From Camelus ferus (lineage: Eukaryota), in assembly GCF_009834535.1 (NCBI RefSeq), contig NC_045696.1, forward strand, positions 40,054,001 through 40,118,000: 64,000 bases of DNA. The letters are read 5' to 3'. Shown here piece by piece: positions 52,595 through 64,000 of the stretch. The stretch's first letter is position 1. The number at the start of each line of letters is the position of its first letter. A program made the position numbers and the translations under genes. Below the pieces are notes generated by a model that saw only the letters and a list, made by a program, of their open reading frames with translations, searched no databases and had not been told where the DNA came from.

Positions 52595-54059
52595 ATAAAG
52601 CTGGGGTCTCTAGGCTGTTAAAAAAAAAATACAATAGGTTATGGGAGACATACGAAGATCTTTGAAAGGTATCATGCTTGAGTTCTCCTTGGGAGTTCAA
52701 AGAAAATGTGGAGTTAGAACTGGTTTGCATGCATTTTGGAAGTTATTAACTCACAAATTTTTATTGGAACCCTATTATATCCCAAGTACTGTCTGGATGC
52801 TGGAAGATGGTTTATAGACAAATAGGCAAGGAACGTAAGTCCTATGATAGAGGTAAGGACTAAATGCTAGAGGAGGACATAGGAAATTTTCTAACCCAAA
52901 TTGGGTTAATTTTTATATGCATGTTATTGCTTTTTAAATCCAGAACCCCATACAAACAGGGACATCCACTGCCCCACACTGGGAATATCACATGGGCCCA
53001 AAGGTTTCCAAATGGAAACTGCTCATGTACCCAGAAATCATCTGTAAGTAACTGACAATTCAAATCCAGAGTGATTGGTGCCAAACAGGCTCGCTCACTT
53101 GTCAAGGCTGCTCCTGAGAGAGTAGAGGTGAGAATGGACCCATCACAAAATGGCTGACAGGCATTACAGGCTCAGCAAAAATCTGGCCCCAAAGGCCTCC
53201 CTGTGGAATGTTCTCCTACATAAATGAGCTCCTCCTTCTAGTGAGTCTGCTTTGTGAGTTGCTTTTCTTCTCCAGTAAACCAGGCCACGTGTGTTAAAGA
53301 ATTGATCCTAAACTCTGTCACATGACATTGGAAACCCTACTGCACCTGCCTGCAAAACAGACTTCCTGGGTGATGTTGAAAAGGAAATAATAAGAAAATA
53401 TGTGAAGATTTTCTCCCAAACTTACATAACACAAGAGACCAACCTTGTTGGAGGGAAACCAAGTATCCTCATGGACAGAGTGACCTTAGTTTCCCCATAT
53501 AAACCCAACTTTCCCCACTGCAGACTGCTGGACTGTGTTAGTGTCTGGTTTGTCTGATTTTATTATGAGCCCCCTGGGCAAGAACTTTGTCTAATTCTAT
53601 GTTCTCGACAGCACCTAGCCCATTTTTGGCACCACTAAATGCCAAAGAACACTCAATCTCTGTTAATGAATAATAAGATTGACTTCCCAACTCAACTTGA
53701 TGAGGTTTCTGTCATTTTTATGCCAGTGTTCTTTCTGATTTGTATTTCATATTTGTGTCTGGAGAGCAAGTTCATGTGTTACTGAATCACCTCTGGACTG
53801 ATCTTCTTTTCAGGAAATGTAGGCATGAGGTTGAATGTTTTTCAACCTCAAGTTTTGGGAACACAGACTGCTGAAATATGCTAGGCTACATGAAGGGGAA
53901 ATGTTTCTGAAAGAATCACTTTTTTTTTTTTCAGCAGTCATGGGGATCTCTGTGAGCCAAGGATGCAGACTGGTTAGCAGATGTGACCATAAAACCAGCA
54001 GTTCCCTACAATGCAAATATTTTACTCTATTTTCTCTGTTCCTAAGGAAAACAGTCAGT

Positions 54060-55310
54060 TTTTTGGTCTCTTAATATCTTTTTAACTGTACTTATTTAAT
54101 TGTACTTATTTGCTCTAGTGCTTAATTAGTAATTAAGCTTCTGTTCATATCATGTCACCACATTGATTTATATAGACACAAATCAGGTATTACATATGAG
54201 ATTTCACAACACAAACACAACAAAGGAATTTTCTAGGCAATCCCACCTTAACATAACTCAAGGTCAAAAATTTATCTTTCTAAAGAGAGGATACTTCCAT
54301 TATATGATTTTTTTTCTTGCCATTTAGCATGGTTTGCTATTTTTTGTTAAAAGTTAGACATGATGTATTGAGTAATAGGAACTGAAGTAAATAGATCTTG
54401 AGTGTGAGGTTTTATGTTTAATCTACCTAGAAGTTGGGCTGTGTTCAACATTTTGTGTAGCTGTACATACTATAGGCTTCAAGTACCGCTACTGCCCTTA
54501 CTTTTGCCACCTCTATTGTCTTTGAACTTCCCTAAGAATTCCTCAGAGACAGTCTATGTTTTGCAGCCCTTTTAGCTGTAAACTGTTAGTATTATACTGG
54601 AGCCCTGTTGGTGTCTATATGTGGGGAGGGGTGTAAGGTGTGGGGAAGGAAGAGCATTCCATACCTTAAAATGAAATCTTAGTCTTTCAGTCCACTTGTG
54701 TCACTGGCCTGTGAACTTCACCAATATTTCTTAGCTTTACTCCCCACATTAGGTGCAACAAGATGGCTAGAAAGAGCCAGAGTTAGGTACATGCCCTTCC
54801 CCAGATGGGTTAAGGCTCTTGTACAGTCTTATACCCTGAAGAAAGGGCTTTTGTTATGGTTAATATTCTGAGTGAGTTTTTAATTATTACTTTTTGCCCT
54901 ACCCTGATAGAGGCACAGGGGATCTTTCTTGACTCGTTACCAAGAGGATCTGATGGGATTCCTGGGAGTAAACACCATGAAAGTGTGAGGGCTCCCATAA
55001 GACTGTATCCCCCAGGAGTTCCTCATTCTCATGCTAGTCCACAGTCAGCATCCAACGATTCATTAAAATCACTGTTTAATTTTTGCTTTAAGTTTATCAA
55101 GGTTCTAATGACTTCTGCTCCAGGTAGGCAGATCCTGGTTGTGAAATTCTGAATTTGTTTTGGTTTGGGAGTAGAGTTTGACCTGAGACTTCAGTTTTCT
55201 GCTGTGACCAAGAAAGGTCACTGGTTTTCAGTATGTTCATCTTTTTTCTTGTGAAGATAAGAGTAACAGCTTTCAAGATCTTCACATGTTGAAGCTGAAC
55301 CATTAGATGA
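54060..55310 (-). mobile_element. Old L1 (L1MD/ME-like) 5' region
   Basis: Reverse L1 5' UTR-like motifs (ttttatgtttaatctacctagaagttgggctgtg; cccccaggagttcctcattctcatgctagtccac). Confidence 0.6.
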
Positions 55311-55329
55311 TTTTTTATAGGTAAAAATT

Positions 55330-56400
55330 AATGTGATAAGGGAGTTGAAGTATTGCTACAAATAAGTGGGCTAAAATTATTTTGAATCCTCTCCAAAGTT
55401 TATTTCTATTAATAAAGTTAGGGGAATAAGACAATTGAAACAGGTAACAGTTTAGTGGAGCTTCCACAGATCCAATTTGGAATAATTGATGTGTTTTAAT
55501 AAACAATGAGCAAAATAAATTATAATACATTAAATAAAAAAGAAACCCATTAGTTCATAAACATATCTCAAAATAATAATTTCAAGTGTTGGGGAGAGGG
55601 AGGATGAAAAGCTCTTTACAGAAAAATGATAAGTAATAAGTGTAGAAAATTATAAAATTGGAAAATCACCATTTTGCTGACACTAAGATAATGATTGATT
55701 CAAGCAATATGTATAAATGGATACAAAAACTATTTGAAGAAGAATCATTGGACAACAAATATTTATACACTCTTACAATATTACCCCACAGAGTACTTAT
55801 TAATCACAAAAGAGTACCTACAAAATGAAGAAATCTAAGAGACACCACCTTAACCAAGGGATCAAACTCAATTTCTCAAACTAGGATACACTGACATCAT
55901 CTACTTCCTGATATAAAAATATTCTTTATCAGAATCTAATTATGAGAAAATACTTATTTTAGCAATATTGTGCAAAACAACGATCAAGTCTCTTGAAAAA
56001 TTTTAATGTCATGAAAGATAAAAATAGCTGGGAATTGTTGTACATTAAAGGAGGATGAAGAGATTTAATAACTAAATGCTGTGCATGACTCTTCATTAGA
56101 TCCTGGAAGGCAGAGAATGAATTGTTATAAAGGATTTTACTGGGGCAACTTTGGAAATACGAACATGGACTGTGTTTAGATAAAAGCATCATATCAATGT
56201 TAAATTTTCTTATGACAGTTATATTGTGATTTGTGGGAGAATGTTCTTGTTTTAGGAGAGAACTGTTGAAGTACAGGGCTGAGTGTTATGATGTCTTAAA
56301 TCAACTCTCACACAGGTGAATGTTAATAATGAGTCTGATTGAAGGGTCCTGTTTTGCAACTTTTCCATAGGTTTTATATCTTTCAAAACAAAAAGTAAAT
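55330..56400 (+). mobile_element. L1MC4/5-like 3' UTR
   Basis: gacaccaccttaaccaagggatcaaa; aatgtcatgaaagataaa; catcatatcaatgttaaatttt; ttttgcaacttttc terminus. Confidence 0.75.
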
Positions 56401-59400
56401 AAAATGAATGACAGTAGTAATTGGTATAGAATCAAATGCTATATCTTTGTGGGTGTCAGGCATCATACAGAGAAAAAATGAGACTTACCTTGGATCAGTA
56501 AATATATTGAAAATTTTTTTAGCATGCTATGTGTGAATTAATATTTTGCAAATGAGATCCAAGTTATAGTAAAATAATCAGCCAAATACACAGAAACATA
56601 ATACAGTAAGTAGTCCAAAAACTCGTGGGTGGAAAAACTCTTGCAAAAGACAGAAATTTACAAGGGCTTTGGCAAACAGTGGTAAGAAATTAAAAGTAAA
56701 AGTTTTGGATGCAATAAACTCACATATACTCTATTTATTACTGCTTAAACATAAAAAAGCCAATAAAATGCTAACATCAAATATAAATAATTATACTAAC
56801 ATGCCCTCCTACCTTAATTAAGAGCTTTGCACAAAACTTTTATTCAAAATGCTGTCATTTCACTGTACTGGTTACTTTGACAACATGTGAGATAATGAAA
56901 GCGTACACTTAGTCTTGGCTCTTAAGCTTTCCTTAAACAGGGCACTTTCAAAGACACCGTCTCTCCTGCAAGTGATGGTAAAGTGATTAACATGATGGCA
57001 AAATCCAACATAAAGGTCAGACTGAGTATTGCTAACCGCTAGAAACTTTCATAAAGTGTGTCTGAGTAATGATTTAACATTCCATCATCACCTCCTCTAC
57101 TCCTGCAGTGTGCCAAGGCCCCAGAAAAAGTTAGTCAATGTGCTCAGAGACAGGGCAGGAGAGAAACAAGGGGAGAGGGGGATTAAGTACCTCATCTATC
57201 TGGGATAAAGCAGTGGATGCTCTAGAAAAAGAAAAATCCTCTGTGTTGAGACATGTTTTATAAGTAGCTTCATCCCAATTAGTGTCATTTATAAACTATC
57301 TTTGCCCTGAGGAATTTCAGGGGCTTGATTTAAAAAAAAAAAAAAAAACACCCTTCCTTAATAAGTAGCAAATACCACAGTCAGGACTTCAGTGTAGACA
57401 TCCCTATAGGATATAATTAATGCACCTGACAATGAAATCTGTCCACATTCCCTCTCAAACTTCAAGAACAAGGAGTCTGTTTTTCAAGGGCTATGTCACA
57501 GCCAAAGAAAAGTATAATACATTTCAAGGTCAATTAGGGATACATAGAACAGAAAACAAAGTGGACGGTAAAGAGCCCCTGTCTCCCCAAACCTTGCCCT
57601 CTCTCACATGATCTTTGATGCTGGGAACTAGGAAGTGAGTGAGAGGCTGGGGAAATAGACAGACTAGAGCAGGAGTCATTCTCTTGCCTCGTTAAGACTT
57701 ATTCTCCTTCCAACTCTCATTTTCTTCTTTTGAAACAGAAGTAGGATATTTGCATCTTAGAATTCAGATGAGGGAAAAGAGAAGGGAAGGATGTGAGACT
57801 GGCTACAGGAAGAGCTAAAATTCCAGAATTTTTTTTCAATTCCTGCCCCAGCTAGAGAGGCTGCTACTCTGGGCTGCGTACAGAACCTGAAGACCAAACA
57901 GCATCAAGTTCTCCAGACATTTCTCTGATAGGAGTTACTGTGTCTCAAGACCCTAGGATAAAGCAAGGACTTTGGAGTCTGACAGTGTGAGGGTAAACCT
58001 CAGCTTTACTGTTACTTTTGCTTGCCTTGAAGTCATTTAACAAATCAGTCTCAGTATCTTCCATTAAGAAAAACTGGTGGTCAAGGGAGAGACTGAGGGA
58101 GAGATACTATTGACTGCTCTTAAACTGGTATGAGGACCAAATAAGATGGAGGATTAAGGGTTCATCATCATGTCTGACAGTTTTACGGGCTCAGGGAATG
58201 TTTTCAGTCACCGAGGAAGGGCAAGGATTGGTGTCTTCCTCTTGCAACTCTTCATAGAACCACAACATGGGTAATGGTAGTAGTGACATCCAGTCTATTC
58301 TGACTTCCTTTAATGTTAACCTAGCCACACTATGAACACCAGAAATAGACAAAGTTCCAAAGAAGATACCTGTCCTTAATATTCTTGTCCTGCTCCTTGC
58401 CAAATTAGCTTTCATATCCAGAATGCTTTTTCCATGCCTTCTTTCTAGTATGGGGGTTTCACGTGGCATGCCCCACACAACCCTCTCTGAGTCTTCACTC
58501 CCTTGGCAAACCTGCCTTCTACTTTCCCCAGATTCCCTGTGAAGATGTCACCTCTTACTCCTATAAATCATTCAGTGCTCTGAGGCTAAGTAAGTTCTGT
58601 TCTCTTTCCTTAATCTATTGACAAGATCTTTCAGTAACAAGGGATCACAGACTTGATGTTTAGAGAGCGGAGTTATTTTGCCACCTTAGAATTTTATTGT
58701 CTCACGTATTTTTCAAAATAAGTACAACTTGGTAAATTTTTCATTATTGGAAATAATATATCAAACAGTCTTTAAATACTGGTATATTCTTTGAAAGATA
58801 TAATTGAAATTGTTCTAATTTAAGAAGAAAGAAAATACAGTAATTCAAGATTAAAAATAGGAAAAAAAATGAGCCTTGACCTAATGTAACTTCCAGATTA
58901 ACCATTTCCCTACCACCAATTCATTCTTCCTAATTGTACATGATGATATGATAGCTGATGCTATTCTTATTCTCTGAAGTCCTCAGATTAAAAAAAAAGT
59001 TCTTTGGGTAAGCAGACTATCAGTCCTTGTCAATAAACATGGTGACTTTATAGCTTTCTGAAAATATGTTTCAGTCATACATGTCTGGGCACACAGTTTG
59101 GAAAATTCAAATTAAATTTCCTAGTATTTAGTTCATTACAGAGTCCATGCTAATTGACTTAGGGAAATTGACTTTTCAGTACCTTACCAAGGTGGTCACA
59201 TTCTTATGCTATGAGTTTCTCTTCACTAAAATTCATTAGTTTTCTACAAGTGTAGGGTTTTACAATTAGTGAGATCATAGCATTTTCTTTTTATATAGAG
59301 TTCCTTGGTCACAGTGGGCAATTTGAAGTGGATTTGGAAGACTCATTATTGCCTCTTTATTACCAGGTTTAAATTTATCTCCATTTAATGCTTTTTTCTG

Positions 59401-61607
59401 ATACAGTTACTCTGTCAAACCCCCAGGGATATATCAGTTCATGATAATATCCTTCCTTTGCCCCACACTAAGACAGACATCCCCCCAAAATTATTCAAAC
59501 TTAAATCTGACACATTTTTGTTACCTATAGTTGAGTATAACCTCGAGTGTCAAAATTTAAAACAAAAAGTCTCTGACACCTCTTACTATTTCCCATCTAC
59601 TCCAGCAACAACAACAAAAATGCACAGTAATCTAACTTCTGAATAAAGAACTCAAACTTCAGTTTAAATTGTTGCTGCTGTTTTAATGATATGCTAAGGC
59701 TCTCACAACATTATTTGCTGTCAAGGTGTCTTTGAAACTGCAATGAAACGTCTATTTTCAGAACAGCATATAAAATCTCTTTACAAGATCTTATAAGCTC
59801 ATGACTTTCATCATTTACTCTGACTTTCCTCTTAAGACTGTGTATTAATGCAAAGAGGGGAAAAATGGAGCCTATTTTTTTTTTAATTTCCTGCCTATAC
59901 ACAGACTCAAAGTTTTCAAAGCAAAATGTCATGCAAGAAATAAAAGAAACACAAGAAACGTTCCCCTTGGCAATACTTTTCAGAGGCAAAGACTAAATGA
60001 ATAGTAGCAAAGGTGGAAATAGCATGCCAAATATTTTTACATTTGTTGGAAAGTCTAAATAAAAAGATGGTCCCACAGTGAGCTTTACCACATTGAAATT
60101 CTGGGAGAAATCAGCAGGGAGAACATTCCTGGGGCTGGCACCCCTGGAGAGGACTCCCTTAAATTCTTCACAGCTGGACTCCAGGGACAAGCAGTTGTTC
60201 TGTGTGCCAAGGACATGAAGGGAGAGGGAACTACCAAGCTGATTTCTGCAGAAACTGGTTCCCAATCCAAGTATGAAAATTACAGCCAAGACCCTGATTA
60301 TCTGTCACTTTTCCCCTGTAATTTTGAATCAGTAATCATATTCCTCTGAAGACAGATGTTCATAAAATTATTGCCAACCACATTTTATTCAATCTTTAGT
60401 CATTAATTTGCTTAAATTTTCTAAACTGAGGGTATTTCAGTTATGTGGCAATTACACAAATTCAATAGCACTAAGAGCACTGATCAGTTTCCAAACTTCA
60501 GTCCTTTAGGAGGTGAATGACTACCTTCTTTCTTTAATTCTCCTGTAACTTTATCTTTAAGTCTTTTCGCTTGAAAATAGGGACCTTCTATTTTCAGGTG
60601 AGCTTTTTCTTTCTAATCAATATTTGCATGACCTCTAAATAAGCATTTGCATCCTCTATCTTCAACTCCCTTTGATTACTATTCTATATGAGTGCATTTA
60701 TGCTTAATTACATATCTCTCATGACTTTATTACTTTTTAAATTCCTTAAGAATAGTGAGCATGTTCCTTACTATGAGCCGTAAGTGCCTAGGAACATGAT
60801 ATTTTTTGTAATTTACCCTAAGGTCTATTTGCTATTTAAAAGCTATCTGTGAGAAAGACAAATCACCTTTTGTACTCACTGAATGATGAAAGATTTTAAC
60901 TATTTTAATGAAAAATGGTATCTTTAGTTATTAGGAATACTAGTATCTGTAATACAAAAATTAAGTTTATTAGTCACTACACCTTAATTTTAGGATAAGA
61001 ATTGGTGGGTATTGTTTTGTCACCATCTGGTATTTTAATGTCTGTATGCCACTTTTGGTTTTATGAATGCTCTCATTTTAACATTTCCTCATCTGTGTTG
61101 GCTACTCTACTAAACTAAATTTCTACAAGGCAACCACGTATCACCTACCAGCTAGATGGAAATACTATTTAGAATGATACAGTTCCTGGGTACTACTAGA
61201 ACATACACTCTACCTGATGTTTAAAGAGGAAATAAAAACATAGATACCTTTCACACTTTGCATGCTCTGCTGAGTTAAAGGAATTCCAGGATTGAGCTTC
61301 ACTAACCTGCATGCTTTCCAGCAACATTGAGTATCCTCCTGTCTATCAGCCTCAGGAGCTAACATTCTGACACCTTCTCAGCAGAATTCAACTATAAATC
61401 CAATAAAAAAAAAAACCTAGCTAAGTAGGTCAGACTGCTGAGAGCCCTGGCATTAACTTTATTTCTGACTGGGCAAGGTTTCTCTACCATGGAACAATGA
61501 CAGCGACATAATAAATCTACCTTGTTGCTTATAAAGTGATTTGATGAGAAATTTGGAGTATTTTTGATATCAGTTATTTTAACTTAAGCTCTGTAACTCT
61601 GTTTTCC

Positions 61608-61649
61608 TTCTCTCTCTTTCTGTCTCTCTCTCACATACACACACACACA
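61608..61649. repeat. (CT)n(CA)n compound microsatellite
   Basis: Directly visible. Confidence 0.9.
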
Positions 61650-61812
61650 TTGATATTATTGAGAAATATGCCCATTCTTGATATGGCCTAAAAATGTTCA
61701 GAGTTTCAGTAATTCAGTGTCCTTTATTTTTTGACTAGAAGAGCAAAACTTATCACGTTAAACCTCATCTAAAAAGACAATATTGAAAGAATAGATCAGA
61801 TTAAAAAAAATC

Positions 61813-61898
61813 CCCATCTGTATCCAGTATCTCTATATCTGTATCTAATATCTGTATCTAATATCTAATATCCCATCTGTATCTAATATCTCTATATC
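61813..61898. repeat. Short tandem array of atctgtatctaat-like units
   Basis: Directly visible repeated atctgtatc / atctaat / atctctat units. Confidence 0.85.
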
Positions 61899-62039
61899 AC
61901 CAATTTAAATCTCAAACTTAACTATCTTTCTGCCTCTATTTTAGTTGTCAAGTTGCCACACTCAAAATTTTCAGAAATGTTACCTCTTTCCATACAGTCA
62001 AATCCTATGAATTTCACTTTGAAGCTATAATTTGATTCC

Positions 62040-63280
62040 TTACCTCCTTTCCACTTATATCCCCTATTCCTCCCCAACGAATTGATCAACCCATCTCTAA
62101 CCTCCTTAGTGCCAATATAGTTTTCATCCTGCAACCAGAGTTATGCTTGTAAAGCACAAACCTAATTAAGCTATTTTCTGTTCAAAAGCCTTCAATAGCT
62201 TCCCTCTACAGGCAGAACAGGTTTTTAAATTTTTTTTAACATGAAATTAAGGGCTGGCTCATGATTAACTTCAGTTCATCTCCTTGTTATTTTAAATGAT
62301 GTCCAATATCATAATGTGATTAGGAATGCAGCTTTTAAATTAAAAAAAACCCTGGTTTTAAATTCCAACTCCAACATTTTCTCAGTTACCTTGGGAAATG
62401 GTTCTAAACCTTTCTCAGTCTCACACAAAATGGAAAGAAGAATACCTACCTTGTATATTTGTTGTGAGAATTAAATTAGATAACATATATGAATGCACAG
62501 AATGAATGTACATGGTAGTCATCATTGCTTTTTACTTTTTCAACTTTATTAATATACTCACCTCTGACATATATACCTGAGGTGGCAAACAGATGGCATT
62601 ACCCAAGCCAAACGTGAAAAAGTAGTTTCTCAAGCCCTAAGAAGGATTCTGATGCAAATCAAGATCAATAAGAAAGAATGCTGAACCAGATTAGCCATGG
62701 TGGCCATAGGAGAGTGTCAGTGGCACTGATACTACACACTACATTCTTGCCATTTGGAATGGGTTGTTGTTTCTGTAACTCCTGTCTTCATGAGTTTATC
62801 CTCTTTGTTTCCTCTGCCTGGAGTATTTGATGGTTCTTTTTCTCCTTCTACCTGTCAAAGTCTTAGTTATCATTTAAGATCCCCCCAAAATGCATAACCT
62901 TTGTCATAATCCTGCCCTTCCCATGTACAGCCAATTGCACTCTGCCTCTCTATTGCAGCCTCTTTTGAATTATAATTCACTGCATGCTTCTCAGGTTTCT
63001 GCACCTTGAAGGTAAAGACTATCACTCTTTTACCATCATTTGCCCTCCAGCACCTGGAGCAGTGCTTACAATAGGCCAATAGCAGCAACAACCAAAATTT
63101 ATGGAGTCTTAACCATGTGCCAGACTTTGCTGTAAGTACTTTTTACATATGTTAACTCACTTACACACACATCCTAACAATAACTCTGGGTAGCTACATT
63201 ATTCCTATTTATAAAAAAGGACAATGAGTTATAGAAGGCAAAATGACTTGCCTAAGGTTGTAAAAGTAGTAGCAGTCTAT
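62040..63280. mobile_element. L2 fragments (+) interleaved with MIRs (~62315-62520 on +, ~63090-63280 on -)
   Basis: L2 motifs (aaagccttcaatagcttccc; ttcctctgcctggagt) and MIR cores (gttgtgagaattaaattagataac; aaatgacttgcctaaggt). Confidence 0.65.
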
Positions 63281-64000
63281 CTTCTTAACAACTGTTCTGT
63301 CCACCTTCTTAAAGTATATACTATGTTTACTGAATTGAATTATTAGGAACATTTTCTGTCTTGAACCATTGGAAATACATTTTGATGTCATTTACCTCAT
63401 TTGAATATTCAGTTTGTAGACACAATGCGTGGCCAGTCACATTTTAACGTCCACTCTAAAGGAAAGCCATTTTGCATATACAGAGAAATTGTGCTTGTAA
63501 ATTTTGCAGTAGGGGCTTTGCTTGCTGAAATTCCATATCATCTACATGACATGTACACTTGAGTTCTAGCTGTTAATAGAACTGCTAGTGATGTTTTATT
63601 TCATGTTGACTTTTTTTTTGTCAAATAAAAATTTTAAATCTCTGAAAAAATTTCACACGCACAAAATTTAATGTTGAAATTTTCCACTGTGAGATCACTG
63701 GAACTTGGCCAGAGTAGCAATCACATTGAGATGAAAAACTGTGTTCACAAGTGACAAATTAAGCCAGGGGAAACCAGGGATGTTTTAATCCCTCTGTCAG
63801 TCATGCAGATCCACACATGGGAACCTGAGGGGAGGAAGGGTGTCACATTTAACTTGGACTTTGCAACAACTTTCCCTTTCCTAATACGGGTATTTTCTTC
63901 TACCTATCGTGGGCCAAGTCTCAATAAGAGATCATGCTTTTGCACTTTCCCCCCAGAATTGAATAACCAAAGAAGAAGGTCTAGGTGGGACGTTTGCCAC

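Noticed and set aside
59711..60289. Adjacent 92-aa and 98-aa minus-strand ORFs
   Set aside because: No recognisable domain or convincing splice structure; lengths are compatible with chance.
62578..62740. Possible ancient hAT-type element (ggtggcaaacagatggca...)
   Set aside because: The start is TIR-like, but I cannot identify the family or a matching end.

Overview
AT-rich mammalian genomic DNA, most likely camelid (two tRNA-derived SINEs resemble the camelid vic-1 family). I recognise no intact protein-coding gene. The window is dominated by transposon fossils: many L1s of different ages (several nested), L2, MIR, one ancient CR1/L3, MLT1 LTRs, a decayed ERVL-class provirus with an LTR16-type LTR, and hAT MITEs. 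The outstanding feature is a ~630 bp GC/CpG-rich insert (~49272-49902) that splits an old L1. On the minus strand it carries promoter-like sequence, an E2F site, a complete CENPS/APITD1-like first coding exon (MEEEEGAEEQQPFLYRQ) and the start of intron 1, so it is an unspliced, relocated promoter/exon-1 module rather than a normal processed pseudogene. On the plus strand it ends with AATAAA and a short A-run, which raises the possibility that an antisense promoter transcript was captured. Repeat family names come from recalled consensus sequences, not a database search. Boundaries are approximate unless target-site duplications (TSDs) are given.
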